From positions 1-27,949 of the forward strand of contig JAOAPW010000501.1 of the NCBI GenBank assembly GCA_025463105.1: a stretch of 27,949 bases of DNA, written 5' to 3'. Position numbers and translations under genes: made by a program. The DNA is from Candidatus Acidiferrum typicum. Its GTDB lineage: Bacteria; Acidobacteriota; Terriglobia; Acidiferrales; UBA7541. Below, piece by piece: positions 1 through 8,639 of the stretch (position 1 is the first letter of the stretch; each line of letters starts with the position of its first letter). Under the pieces are notes generated by a model, which had not been told where the DNA came from, did no database searches, and saw only the letters and a program-made list of their open reading frames with translations.

Positions 1-140
1 GCAGAACGGATGTGTCAGTTGCGCTCACCTTGGTCTGTGTCTTGGCAACGAGCCACTCGTTAGTTCCAAACTGATTCGTCAACCGGGAGCGAGCGACCTT
101 GATTGGCTTAACGTGCTTGACGAATAACGGAAAGGTTCTG

Positions 141-836
141 GTGGCTGCGAAACTCAATCGCCGGCGTGCCGTGTTTGTGCTCTCGAAGATCGATGAGATC
201 TTGTCTTGGGACAAAGCCACGGACCGCGAACGGGATTCGAAGTTTGTCGAGCTGGGCAGGTATCTCTGCGAGATTCGTGCAGGCCAGTACTGGAGAGTGG
301 ACAACGTACGTTCGTTTGACGAGTTTCTGGAAAGGAAGTTCCCGGAATCCAGGCGCAAGGCCTACTACCTCATGGCGATTCACGAACGACTACCGCGAAT
401 TCACAAGGTAGATCTGCAACAAGTTGGCTGGGCGAAGGCGACCGAACTAGCGAAGGTGGCGAGGCGGGACGGTCAGAGGTTCGATAGTGCAACTTGGTTG
501 CACAAAGCGCGCGAACTACCCAAAGAGGAATTCAAGCGGGAGGTCTCGAAGCACCTGACCGGAAAGGAAACCGAGCCCTGGGAAATCCTTTATTTTAAGG
601 CCTACAAAAGTCAACTGCCTGTCATCGAGCAGGCCCTGGAAACAGCGGGTCTGATGCTCGGAAGCGACAAGTCACGAGGTTACTGCCTGGAAATGATCTG
701 TGCAGATTTTCTTGCTGGAGTGAGCTTGGAGGCTGGCAATCAAGACGCTCTTTTGCCGGCCCTAACCCGAATGGTCATCGGTCTACCAAAACCACAAAGA
801 CAGCAACTTCTGCAAAATGTTCGAGAGACCATTTGA
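141..836 (+). CDS. Uncharacterised alpha-helical protein (about 231 aa) coupled to the downstream HNH nuclease; resembles the non-catalytic N-terminal part of DUF222/13E12-like HNH proteins
   Basis: Open frame 99-836. GTG at 141 follows purine-rich GGAAAGG (129-135) and is the preferred start. Protein-like composition (ELGRYLCEIRAGQYW..SFDEFLE..SRRKAYYLM, VGWAKA, RGYCLEMICADFL). Family resemblance is from recollection. Confidence 0.8.
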   Translation: MAAKLNRRRAVFVLSKIDEILSWDKATDRERDSKFVELGRYLCEIRAGQYWRVDNVRSFDEFLERKFPESRRKAYYLMAIHERLPRIHKVDLQQVGWAKATELAKVARRDGQRFDSATWLHKARELPKEEFKREVSKHLTGKETEPWEILYFKAYKSQLPVIEQALETAGLMLGSDKSRGYCLEMICADFLAGVSLEAGNQDALLPALTRMVIGLPKPQRQQLLQNVRETI

Positions 837-1069
837 CTAGGATACGTGCCAAAGGACCTCGCCTGAGGCTTGATGCTGAGGCTTATCGCCAGCTCTGCCG
901 TGAAGTCTTAGATCGAGATAGCTGGCGTTGCCAATCGTGTGGACGCATGGAGAATCTTCAAGTCCATCACATTCGGCCGCGAAGCCGACTGGGCGATGAC
1001 ACGGCCGAGAATCTGGTGGTGCTCTGTGCAGAATGTCATCGGAGGGCCCACAATGCGAATATCAGTTAG
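833..1069 (+). CDS. Small stand-alone HNH endonuclease (78 aa, zinc-binding type)
   Basis: RDSWRCQSC (CxxC), LQVHHIRPRS, GDDTAENLVVLCAECH (N...CxxCH). TTG start overlaps the upstream TGA (TTGA, 833-836). Confidence 0.88.
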   Translation: MTRIRAKGPRLRLDAEAYRQLCREVLDRDSWRCQSCGRMENLQVHHIRPRSRLGDDTAENLVVLCAECHRRAHNANIS

Positions 1070-1833
1070 AGATTTTCGAATCCAAGGAGAAGCGCGGAGT
1101 TGGACGCAGCAGGGAGCCTCAGGAGTCTGTCCGCGAAGGAAGTCGTTTCTCGAATTATCCTGCCCGTTCATGCCACTCTGATTCGATGCTCGGTCATGGT
1201 TCGTCGAACAGGAATAGATGGACATCGTTGCACTTCGGTCGGCGCCCGTCAGCATTCGCGTACGTGCAGCTTTTAAAGTTACTCAGAACGACATTCTAAG
1301 ATCGGGCAAAGTACGCGGATTTTGTTCTCTGCGAGCCCAAGACTCTTCGGGAGTTGATTGCAGCGACCTCACATTCACAACGGCGAATGAAAAACGACGT
1401 CACGATTGAGCAAGCGAGTCAGGAAAGGCGCCGCGAGAAAATCAGCGAGACCGAAAGCGATCGCACCTAGCCAAATATTCCTCCGGGTACCATCGTTTCA
1501 GTCGCTGTGCGGCGCCACAGGATCTCAGCGCCGAACGCCAAGACACCGCGAATTACTGGGGAGTACGCGAAATCGCGGGGGCGCAAATACCCGGCCGCGC
1601 CCGGCCCAATCGCTCAGAAGCTCGATCACGCTCAAGCACACGCACGTCACCGCCCAGAGATGATCCGAGCTTTGCAATTTTCAAGGTAGGGTTCTTCCGC
1701 AACAACTCCACTTGCTCAACCCTTCTGATTCAGGATTTCGATTCACCTTCGATTGAGAATATTTTTTTTTCGCTGGTAAGATAGACAAGAGCCCAGCTAT
1801 GGTTCTGACGGTAGGACCGCGGAGGTTCCAGGC

Positions 1834-2916
1834 ATGCTTTCGAGTAAGTTTTGGGGTATCGGTCGAATCTTGGCGATTTTTTGCCTGGTCAGTTTTGCCA
1901 TTTGTCCCGCAATGCATGCCAACACGCTCGATTCTTCTATTATCAGTATGTTTCCCATAGACGTCAGTGATGTGAAATATGTTGATTTGAGCGGATCGCG
2001 GCAGTATGCCTGGTTCCCGCAGTTCCAAGTGCAGGTAGTACCGAACGATGTTCTCGGACTTGAGCAACTTCTTGAGGCAGCTCACGGAGAACAACCCGCG
2101 GCAGAACAACCTGCAGCAGAGCAACAACCTACAGAGCAGGTAGCGGGCGAGAAAAGTGAGGGACAACCTGAGGAAGGGCCCCCACCAGAGCGTCTTCCGT
2201 CGATTGACCAGGTAGTGTGGGCTCGCTTCCCAATTTCCGGCAGTGCGCAAGCTGTCGCGATTGGAATGGGACAATTTGATATAGAAGGCATCAAAATGTT
2301 TTTAAATTCTCATGGTGTGTCCTCAATTTCCGGCGGGACATATGAAATCTATGCGGCACAACCTGATCTAGGCATGCCCGAGGGGTGCTTTACGCTTATT
2401 GATAATAGAACAGTGGCGGTTGGCTCACTTGAGGGACTAAAGCGAATACTTGAGATTCGCGCGCAAAAACAAGCGAATCTTTTGGAAAACACCAATCTGA
2501 TGAATCTAATAAAACAGGTTAACGGACAAGCTCTTTTCTGGAGCGTCCTCGATTCCGTCGAGGCGCAGACGACTGTGAAACGTTTAGTTCCCGAAATAAT
2601 GAAATTTCCGCAAGCGAATGATGTAGTGATGAAATTAAAACAGTTGTCGATAAGCCTGAAGGCTGCGGACAACATGCAGATCGATATGAGAGTCAATTCG
2701 GCGTCGGCCAAGGATGCTGTTGTACTTTCCCAATTGCTGGAGGCGAGCATGCTTTCTCGACGACATCAGTCAGCTCAAGACAATCCCGAACTGGCAAAAA
2801 TTCTGGACGGAATGGCCATTGCGCCGTCCGGGAACCAATTGAATATACGACTCACAGTGACGGACGACCAAATGCGCGGCCTCGGCGACCAGAACACTTT
2901 TAGCCTGCTGATGTAG
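1834..2916 (+). CDS. Secreted/periplasmic hypothetical protein (360 aa)
   Basis: Long ORF with GGAGG upstream. N-terminal hydrophobic signal (ILAIFCLVSFAICPAMHA). No catalytic motif recognised. Confidence 0.8.
   Translation: MLSSKFWGIGRILAIFCLVSFAICPAMHANTLDSSIISMFPIDVSDVKYVDLSGSRQYAWFPQFQVQVVPNDVLGLEQLLEAAHGEQPAAEQPAAEQQPTEQVAGEKSEGQPEEGPPPERLPSIDQVVWARFPISGSAQAVAIGMGQFDIEGIKMFLNSHGVSSISGGTYEIYAAQPDLGMPEGCFTLIDNRTVAVGSLEGLKRILEIRAQKQANLLENTNLMNLIKQVNGQALFWSVLDSVEAQTTVKRLVPEIMKFPQANDVVMKLKQLSISLKAADNMQIDMRVNSASAKDAVVLSQLLEASMLSRRHQSAQDNPELAKILDGMAIAPSGNQLNIRLTVTDDQMRGLGDQNTFSLLM
2089..2139 (+). repeat. In-frame degenerate 15-bp tandem repeat encoding EQPAA-EQPAA-EQQPT-EQ
   Basis: gaacaacccgcggca / gaacaacctgcagca / gagcaacaacctaca / gagcag. 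Confidence 0.7.
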
Positions 2917-3035
2917 AGTTCTACTCTGCGCGATGGTATCTGTTTGCACTAGGCTGTAACTCATTGCATTCGTTGAGCGCCATAGTCCAGCTATTATGCA
3001 ACCGTCGAAGGGTTACGGGTTAAATAGAGGGATTA

Positions 3036-4244
3036 ATGAGTGAAGGAGTGTATTCTTCTTTATCCGTGACCGCAACTCGCTTCAGGTCTATCGAGAGAAA
3101 GATTGTCGGGCTTTTTCCAGAATTGCTGGGCGTTGGAGGTATCCAAGAAGTCGGGCGGCAGACTGCTTCCGCGCTTGCGGATATCGCCACTCGGCATAAA
3201 TATTCCACGCACTTCATCGCTCTGAACGACCCCCCAGGTACGCAGTCATTCGGATTTGAGAACAGAAATATTCAGTTCCACGGTTTCGGTCGTAGCAAAG
3301 TAAAATTTGTGCTCTCTGCAATTTCCTTAGCAAGGAAAGACGCGTCGATTGCCATTGCCGCCCATCCACACCTAGCTGTCCCGGCGATCTGGATGAAGAT
3401 GGCGTCCTCCCCACGCTTGCCTTATATAGTGATGTCTCATGGTGTGGAAGTTTGGAGCGCATTACCCTCCATTACGCGATATGCCCTGTCGCATGCCAGT
3501 CTGGCATTGGCTCCCAGTAGTGACACTGCGCACAGGCTGGCTAAAATCCAGGGTGTGGCCGATGACAAGATCCGTAAGCTGGCGTGGCCTGTTACCCCTG
3601 AGTTTCTCAGGATGGCCGAACAACCGTCCAGGTTGTCATTGCCGAAGGATTTCCCACAAGGCAAGGTGATCTTGACGGTTGGGCGATCCATAGCCTCTGA
3701 GCAGTACAAGGGCACGGACGCGTTAATCCGTGCCGTCGCGCAACTAAAAAGCACGATCCCGGATATATCCTTGGTTGTGGTAGGAACAGGGGATGATCTC
3801 CCGAGGCTGCGCAGCCTCTCTTACGACCTTGGCGTCTCTAACTTAGTGAAATTCTTGGGAGGCATTCCACGTGAAGAAATCGCTGCGTGTTATGCCCAAT
3901 GTGACACATTCGCGCTCCCCAGCACGGGTGAGGGATTTGGGTTGGTTTACTTGGAGGCGATGGCGTTTGCCAAGCCGGTGATTGGCGTCGCTTGTGGCGG
4001 AGTGACTGACTTGATCCAGAATGGCGTTAACGGTCTGCTTATCCCCCCGCACAATCTAAGTCGGCTTGTAGAGGGGCTTGGGACCTTGCTGGGAAACACC
4101 ACATTGCGTCGGGAGTGCGGCCTTCGCGGCGCCGAGATTGTACGCCAAAGGTATTGCTTCGAAACCTTCGAGTCGGAGTTGGAGCATATCTTGGCCGAAT
4201 GTGGGCTCGACTGCTCGCCGTATTTATCAGTTCTCGCGAAGTAA
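3036..4244 (+). CDS. Glycosyltransferase family 4 (GT-B)
   Basis: ILTVGR, YKGTDALIRA, LVVVGTGDD, FALPSTGEGFGLVYLEAMAFAKPVI (EX7E motif), NGVNGLLIPP. Confidence 0.93.
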   Translation: MSEGVYSSLSVTATRFRSIERKIVGLFPELLGVGGIQEVGRQTASALADIATRHKYSTHFIALNDPPGTQSFGFENRNIQFHGFGRSKVKFVLSAISLARKDASIAIAAHPHLAVPAIWMKMASSPRLPYIVMSHGVEVWSALPSITRYALSHASLALAPSSDTAHRLAKIQGVADDKIRKLAWPVTPEFLRMAEQPSRLSLPKDFPQGKVILTVGRSIASEQYKGTDALIRAVAQLKSTIPDISLVVVGTGDDLPRLRSLSYDLGVSNLVKFLGGIPREEIAACYAQCDTFALPSTGEGFGLVYLEAMAFAKPVIGVACGGVTDLIQNGVNGLLIPPHNLSRLVEGLGTLLGNTTLRRECGLRGAEIVRQRYCFETFESELEHILAECGLDCSPYLSVLAK

Positions 4245-4303
4245 CCACCTATCAAAATCGTGGGAAAGACCACTTAATGAGATGCTCCGACGCGAAAACG
4301 TAG

Positions 4304-4450
4304 AATGAATAACTTACGTGGTTGCAAAGAGTCTTGATGGTTCGATCCCACTGCCCCTGATAATCTCGCTCCGCAAGGTGTCGCATCGCACACTTCGTGC
4401 GTATTCCATGCGAGTAACCCGTCTCCGACTTTTGTGACGTACTTTGTGAC
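4304..4450 (+). mobile_element. Possible relict integrase attachment site: IHF-like box, degenerate tRNA T-loop core and direct arm-type repeats
   Basis: AATGAATAACTTA (4304-4316) is one mismatch from IHF consensus WATCAANNNNTTR; GGTTCGATCCC at 4339-4349; TTTGTGAC repeated at 4431 and 4443. No integrase in the window. Confidence 0.3.
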
Positions 4451-4506
4451 ATAACCCTGCCATGCTGGAGGGTGCAAACACCGCGATCCTTATATGAGAA
4501 GTCGAA

Positions 4507-4989
4507 TTACTTACCGACTAGCAATTCCACATCAAAAATCAACGTCGCTTTGGGAAGAATAACGCCGCCTGCACCGCTATCTCCATAACCCAGAGCAGGC
4601 GGAATTCTCAGTTGCCGTTTGCCACCCGCTTTCATTCCCGCTACGTCTTCATCCCAGCCCTTGATTACCTGTCCCTCTCCCAAAGGAAACACAAATGGCT
4701 TACCACGATCCACGGAGCTGTCGAAACTTATCACCATTAGTTAACCAGCCGGTGTAGTGCACACTCACGGGCTTTCCTGGGACTGCCGTGGCGCCAGTGC
4801 CAACGACAATTTCCCAGTATGAAGGCCGGAGGCCGTAGTCGTCGGCTGTCCGTTCACTTTTGTCGGGCTAGACGTGTTTGATGCATTGGATTGGTTGGAC
4901 GCGCTGGGCTTTTCGGAGTTGCCGCAACCAGATGCAAACCCAAGAACTACGAAAATGGCAGGCAACAGAAACAATTTTTGCCTAATCAA
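4507..4989 (-). pseudogene. FKBP-type peptidyl-prolyl cis-trans isomerase, lipoprotein-like, disrupted by two frameshifts
   Basis: N-terminus VLGFASGC..TTASGL; middle in another frame [32 protein letters not shown]; C-terminus [41 protein letters not shown]. One base is missing near 4819/4820 and one is extra near 4724-4726. Confidence 0.88.
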
Positions 4990-5100
4990 ACGATCCTCGA
5001 CCTTGACAATGTCCTGTGACTAAAAGAATGAAAACCCCTCGCCTCAGGTATCGGATAACTTCGATCAAATTATTATTCAAACTGGATTTGAAGTCTCGAC

Positions 5101-5123
5101 AAAAAATCCCGACAATGGGAATT
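5101..5123 (-). terminator. Weak intrinsic-terminator-like hairpin
   Basis: Minus strand TCCC-attgtc-GGGA followed by TTTTTT; short stem. Confidence 0.25.
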
Positions 5124-5165
5124 ATTCCGAATGGCTCATCCCGAGATAATCTTCTTTAGAATGTG

Positions 5166-5186
5166 TGGTGAGCCGGGCAGGACTCG
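5166..5186 (-). other. Isolated tRNA 3' end (att-core-like scar), tRNA-Lys-like
   Basis: Minus strand CGAGT-CCTGC-CCGGCTC-A-CCA gives the T-loop end, T-stem 3' strand, 7-nt acceptor 3' strand, discriminator and CCA. The 5' half of a tRNA is absent. The isotype is a guess. Confidence 0.6.
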
Positions 5187-5226
5187 CACGCTCCGCGGGC
5201 AACACCGACCTGGATTTTGATAAATA

Positions 5227-6639
5227 TTATTTTCGCGACGATAAGATTTTCACCAGACGGTATAAATATTCCTGTCCATCGTTAAACGATTTGACGAGAA
5301 TGCGCTCGTCCTTGCCATGGGACCGGACGTCATCAATGTCGCCCGCGAGGCCGGAAGTGCCGTAAGTTGGGATGCCAGCATTGCGCAGAAAAAGGCCATC
5401 GGTTGCGCCCGAACTCATCGTCGGAATCACGGGAATGCCGGGCCAGAATTCCGCGGTCACTCGTTCGACGGCCTGGACGATCTCCGGGCTGAGGGGCGAG
5501 GGCTTGCTGGAGGGGTCTATCAGGGTTGGAGCCACGGAGATTTGATTGTCGTCCACGACCCGCACGAGCGTCTTCTGAACATCTTCGATAGATTCACCCG
5601 GAAGGACGCGGCAATTTATGGTAGCTTGCGCCCTTTGCGGCAAGGCGTTAAAGGCATGTCCGGCTTCGAGCATAGTTGCTACGCACGTGGTGCGTAGTTG
5701 CGCATTGTAGGCGGGCATCGCGGAAAGGCGAGCCAAGGCAGCGGGGTCAGGCCGCCCCGAGGCAACCGAATTCATCGCTGCGCCAATTTGCGGGTCCTCC
5801 AGCGGGGCAGCCCGCTCGAGCCAGGAGCGTGTTGTTTCGTTCAGCACCACCGGAAAATCGTATTTTGAGAGGCGCGCGAGGCCTTCCGCCAGATGGTAGA
5901 TCGCGTTGTCCCTGGTTGGCAGCGAGCTATGTCCGCCTGAGTTCCTGACTTCGAAACTGTAATTGACGAATACTTTTTCGCTTGTCTGCAAGTCGTTGCG
6001 TAAAGGTTTGCCGTTTTTTAAACCCACCCTACCGCCTTCATTCAGCACGAACTCGGCGTCGATCAGATCGTGATGATTCTTGATCATCCACTGGATTCCC
6101 ACGGCGTCCCTGTCGCCAATCTCTTCATCCGTCTCGAGCAATAAGATAATGTCGCGATCGGGTTTGAAGCCTTCCTGTTTGTAGCGGATCAGATTGGCGA
6201 CAAACGTCGCGGCCATGAATTTATCGTCCCCAGAACCGCGCGCATAGAAATAACCATCCTTTTCGAGAAGTTTGAACGGGTCGACCGACCAATCCTCGCG
6301 TCTCGCTTCCACTACATCCAGATGAGCCATCAACAAGATCGGCTTGCGCGCGCCAGTGCCGTGCAGCCGCGCCACCAGATTACCCTTGCGCGGCGCGGGG
6401 TTGAACGCCTGGACGTCGGCGCCGGAATATCCTGCCGCTCGCAACCGCGCAGCCATCGCCTCCGCCGCCTTCGAGGTGTCTCCGGTTGCGGTGACAGTGT
6501 TGATTTCAACGAGTTCCTTGTAAATGTCGCGGGCGAGTTGCTGGTTCGGAGAAAGCGTCTGTGCGGTTACTGAAAATGGCGCACTAATCATCGCAAGGAA
6601 GATGGAAATCAGCGCCCTGGGCCGCTTCATAAAATTCAT
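5227..6639 (-). CDS. Secreted M20/M25/M40 family metallo-hydrolase (peptidase/deacylase)
   Basis: LMAHLDVV, ARGSGDDK, TDEEIG, NEGG, GGHSS, SHGKDER; signal peptide. Start moved to ATG 6639, which has AAGGAG about 7 nt upstream. Confidence 0.92.
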   Translation of the reverse strand: MNFMKRPRALISIFLAMISAPFSVTAQTLSPNQQLARDIYKELVEINTVTATGDTSKAAEAMAARLRAAGYSGADVQAFNPAPRKGNLVARLHGTGARKPILLMAHLDVVEARREDWSVDPFKLLEKDGYFYARGSGDDKFMAATFVANLIRYKQEGFKPDRDIILLLETDEEIGDRDAVGIQWMIKNHHDLIDAEFVLNEGGRVGLKNGKPLRNDLQTSEKVFVNYSFEVRNSGGHSSLPTRDNAIYHLAEGLARLSKYDFPVVLNETTRSWLERAAPLEDPQIGAAMNSVASGRPDPAALARLSAMPAYNAQLRTTCVATMLEAGHAFNALPQRAQATINCRVLPGESIEDVQKTLVRVVDDNQISVAPTLIDPSSKPSPLSPEIVQAVERVTAEFWPGIPVIPTMSSGATDGLFLRNAGIPTYGTSGLAGDIDDVRSHGKDERILVKSFNDGQEYLYRLVKILSSRK

Positions 6640-6765
6640 AGCATGCTCCTTTAAAACAGAACGGTGGCGTTTGCGTCCATGCCTCGCCAAAGAAGTTTTA
6701 GATGCAGTCGTTTACACCGGAATCCACCGAACTCGGTGTGGCAATCGGAATTGCAGCAAAGTTGG

Positions 6766-8355
6766 CTATCTTCGTCCGGTCGCAAGCTGCCAGCGCTCCA
6801 TACCGCGTGCGTGCTTAGGACTGGGGATCGGTTGAGGCATCTGCGCGAGCTTGGGCAAACGGAATAGGACTCCTATCAGCAGCCACAGATAGGCATTATT
6901 CACGAAGTTCTGATATGCCACAATTCCGAAATACATAAGCAATACGAGCAGGACGACCGCGTACCACCAAATCGCAAATCCAATCGGGAAATAGACGGTT
7001 TGGCGAAGCTGCCTAACGATACGCCAGCCGGTCCAAAGTAAGGCCGAAACCCAAAAAATCCAAAGTAAAAGACCGAGAATTCCCATTTCCACGACTAGTG
7101 AACCGTAGCCGCTCTCGACGCCAATATTGGCCGCAGGGGCGTCAACGAGACGTGAGACATACTGCATGCCCAGCGAGTTCAACCCAGTGCCATAACCGTA
7201 GACCCATCGCTCATGTTGAAATGCCAAGACCAGGTTACGAACTGGATAGTCCCAGCTTCGACTGGTGAACTCCGAGCCCTCGCCTTGGAAAGCCAAGGTT
7301 TCCGACAAAAAAGCCCAGTTGGGACCAATCGCGGCGGGGAATACCTCCGCCATCAGAATCAAAGCAATTCCGCCGAACAAAAAAGATCGGCGAAGTGCTT
7401 TCACCAAACGATGTCCCTGACCCCACTTCCAAGGCGCACCCCAGAGAAAAGCGGCGGACATTACGAAACTGCTGCCGAGCACGAAGACGAATGGAGTGCG
7501 GGTTCCAGTAACCATAATTCCTACGGTAGCAATACCGATTGCTAAGAATCCGTACTTGGCGCTCCGGCGGCTCAGCAGCAAATATCCTAGGGCGCCAAAC
7601 ACAAGAATCCAAAGCAAGATGAGGTAGAAAGAGAAGCGACCGGCGCTGACGAATACGGAACTAGTTGCGAGAACTTCTTGGTGCGTGATAGGCGAGAATC
7701 GTGTGACATGGGAGAGCGCGTATAATTCCGCCGCACTATCCTCGGGGGTCAGGAAAGTAATGCCGAGCACGGATTGTGCGATTCCTAACCCGGCAACAAC
7801 AGATCCCACCACAATGTTCACAAGCAGGAACCGTTCCAAATCTTTCGGGCGCTCCAGCATCGCGTAACCTAGAAGCATTAATGGGGCGTAGTAGAAATAG
7901 AGTTTTAGCCCCAACAATCCGTAAAGAATATTGGGCGACCATGGGTTAAACACTTGGATGACGGCAAACCAGAAGAAGATCAGCAAGGGCAATTGGAAGG
8001 GAATCTTAAAGAATTCCACTCGTCGCTTGTGCTTGGCAATGAAAAACGACATGTAGGCAACGCCAATCAGAAAGTCCTTGGCAAAATAAATGGTCATACT
8101 GTTGCCGAGATACTTCCTGGCCATGTCCTCGAAGAGGAGCCAAACTAAGAAGAGTAGGACGCCGGTACGCCAATCATTGAGGATCTGGACGATTAAGGCG
8201 CAAACCACCACGACGAGACCAACCATTACCAGCGTCTTATCTGAACCAGCAACGATCCAAATTGCCAATTCCCAAATACCGCCGACGACAAGCAGTCCGA
8301 AAATCAGGCTTTTGATCTGACGCTTGCCGCCGATTGTCCCTACATCCAGCTGCAT
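6766..8355 (-). CDS. Wzy/O-antigen ligase-like polytopic membrane protein (putative polysaccharide polymerase)
   Basis: More than 10 hydrophobic segments, TGTRT, GYGTG, and a late ESGYGSLVVEMGILG segment typical of the Wzy_C/WaaL fold; lies in a polysaccharide locus. Confidence 0.72.
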   Translation of the reverse strand: MQLDVGTIGGKRQIKSLIFGLLVVGGIWELAIWIVAGSDKTLVMVGLVVVVCALIVQILNDWRTGVLLFLVWLLFEDMARKYLGNSMTIYFAKDFLIGVAYMSFFIAKHKRRVEFFKIPFQLPLLIFFWFAVIQVFNPWSPNILYGLLGLKLYFYYAPLMLLGYAMLERPKDLERFLLVNIVVGSVVAGLGIAQSVLGITFLTPEDSAAELYALSHVTRFSPITHQEVLATSSVFVSAGRFSFYLILLWILVFGALGYLLLSRRSAKYGFLAIGIATVGIMVTGTRTPFVFVLGSSFVMSAAFLWGAPWKWGQGHRLVKALRRSFLFGGIALILMAEVFPAAIGPNWAFLSETLAFQGEGSEFTSRSWDYPVRNLVLAFQHERWVYGYGTGLNSLGMQYVSRLVDAPAANIGVESGYGSLVVEMGILGLLLWIFWVSALLWTGWRIVRQLRQTVYFPIGFAIWWYAVVLLVLLMYFGIVAYQNFVNNAYLWLLIGVLFRLPKLAQMPQPIPSPKHARGMERWQLATGRR

Positions 8356-8590
8356 ACCGTTTTAGGCGTCTCCCAAATTAAGGAAGGAGGATTATGACTA
8401 TCCTCGTTGAATGCTGCAATAGCGAAACGCGGCCGTTGTGCCTCTATTCATTCCCTCGGCAAAGGTGGCTTTTGTGGCTTAGTGTGGCCGAGGAAGTGAA
8501 CACTATTAAGCCTCCTGCGCGATTAGTTTCAGTTCGTTCTTTTCGAGCTTATATGTACTCGTATCCCGCTGCCTTAATCCTGGCCTATTG

Positions 8591-8624
8591 CCGGTGGCGC
8601 GCTTTCGCCAAGCCGGAATTTTTT
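8591..8624 (+). terminator. Intrinsic-terminator-like hairpin oriented on the + strand, antisense to the operon
   Basis: CCGG-TGGCG / cgcttt / CGCCA-ag-CCGG then AATTTTTT. Confidence 0.4.
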
Positions 8625-8639
8625 GACCTATGCGGGCGC

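Noticed and set aside
599-836. Programmed -1 frameshift fusing ORF1 to the HNH (the HNH frame is open from 599)
   Set aside because: No X XXY YYZ slippery heptamer found near the end of ORF1; the TTGA overlap is explained by ordinary translational coupling
1218-1700. Short ORFs 1218-1409, 1406-1663 and 1507-1689, plus a minus-strand LGLAENKIRVLCP snippet reminiscent of molybdopterin oxidoreductases
   Set aside because: No SD, low-complexity or non-protein-like composition, and the match is too short to support
1762-1770. T9 tract upstream of the 1834 gene as a phase-variation switch
   Set aside because: No promoter elements could be placed around it; a single homopolymer is not enough
5003-5031. 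TTGACA boxes at 5003 and 25994 as sigma70 promoters
   Set aside because: No acceptable -10 hexamer at 16-18 bp spacing (TAAAAT is 20 bp from the 25994 box)
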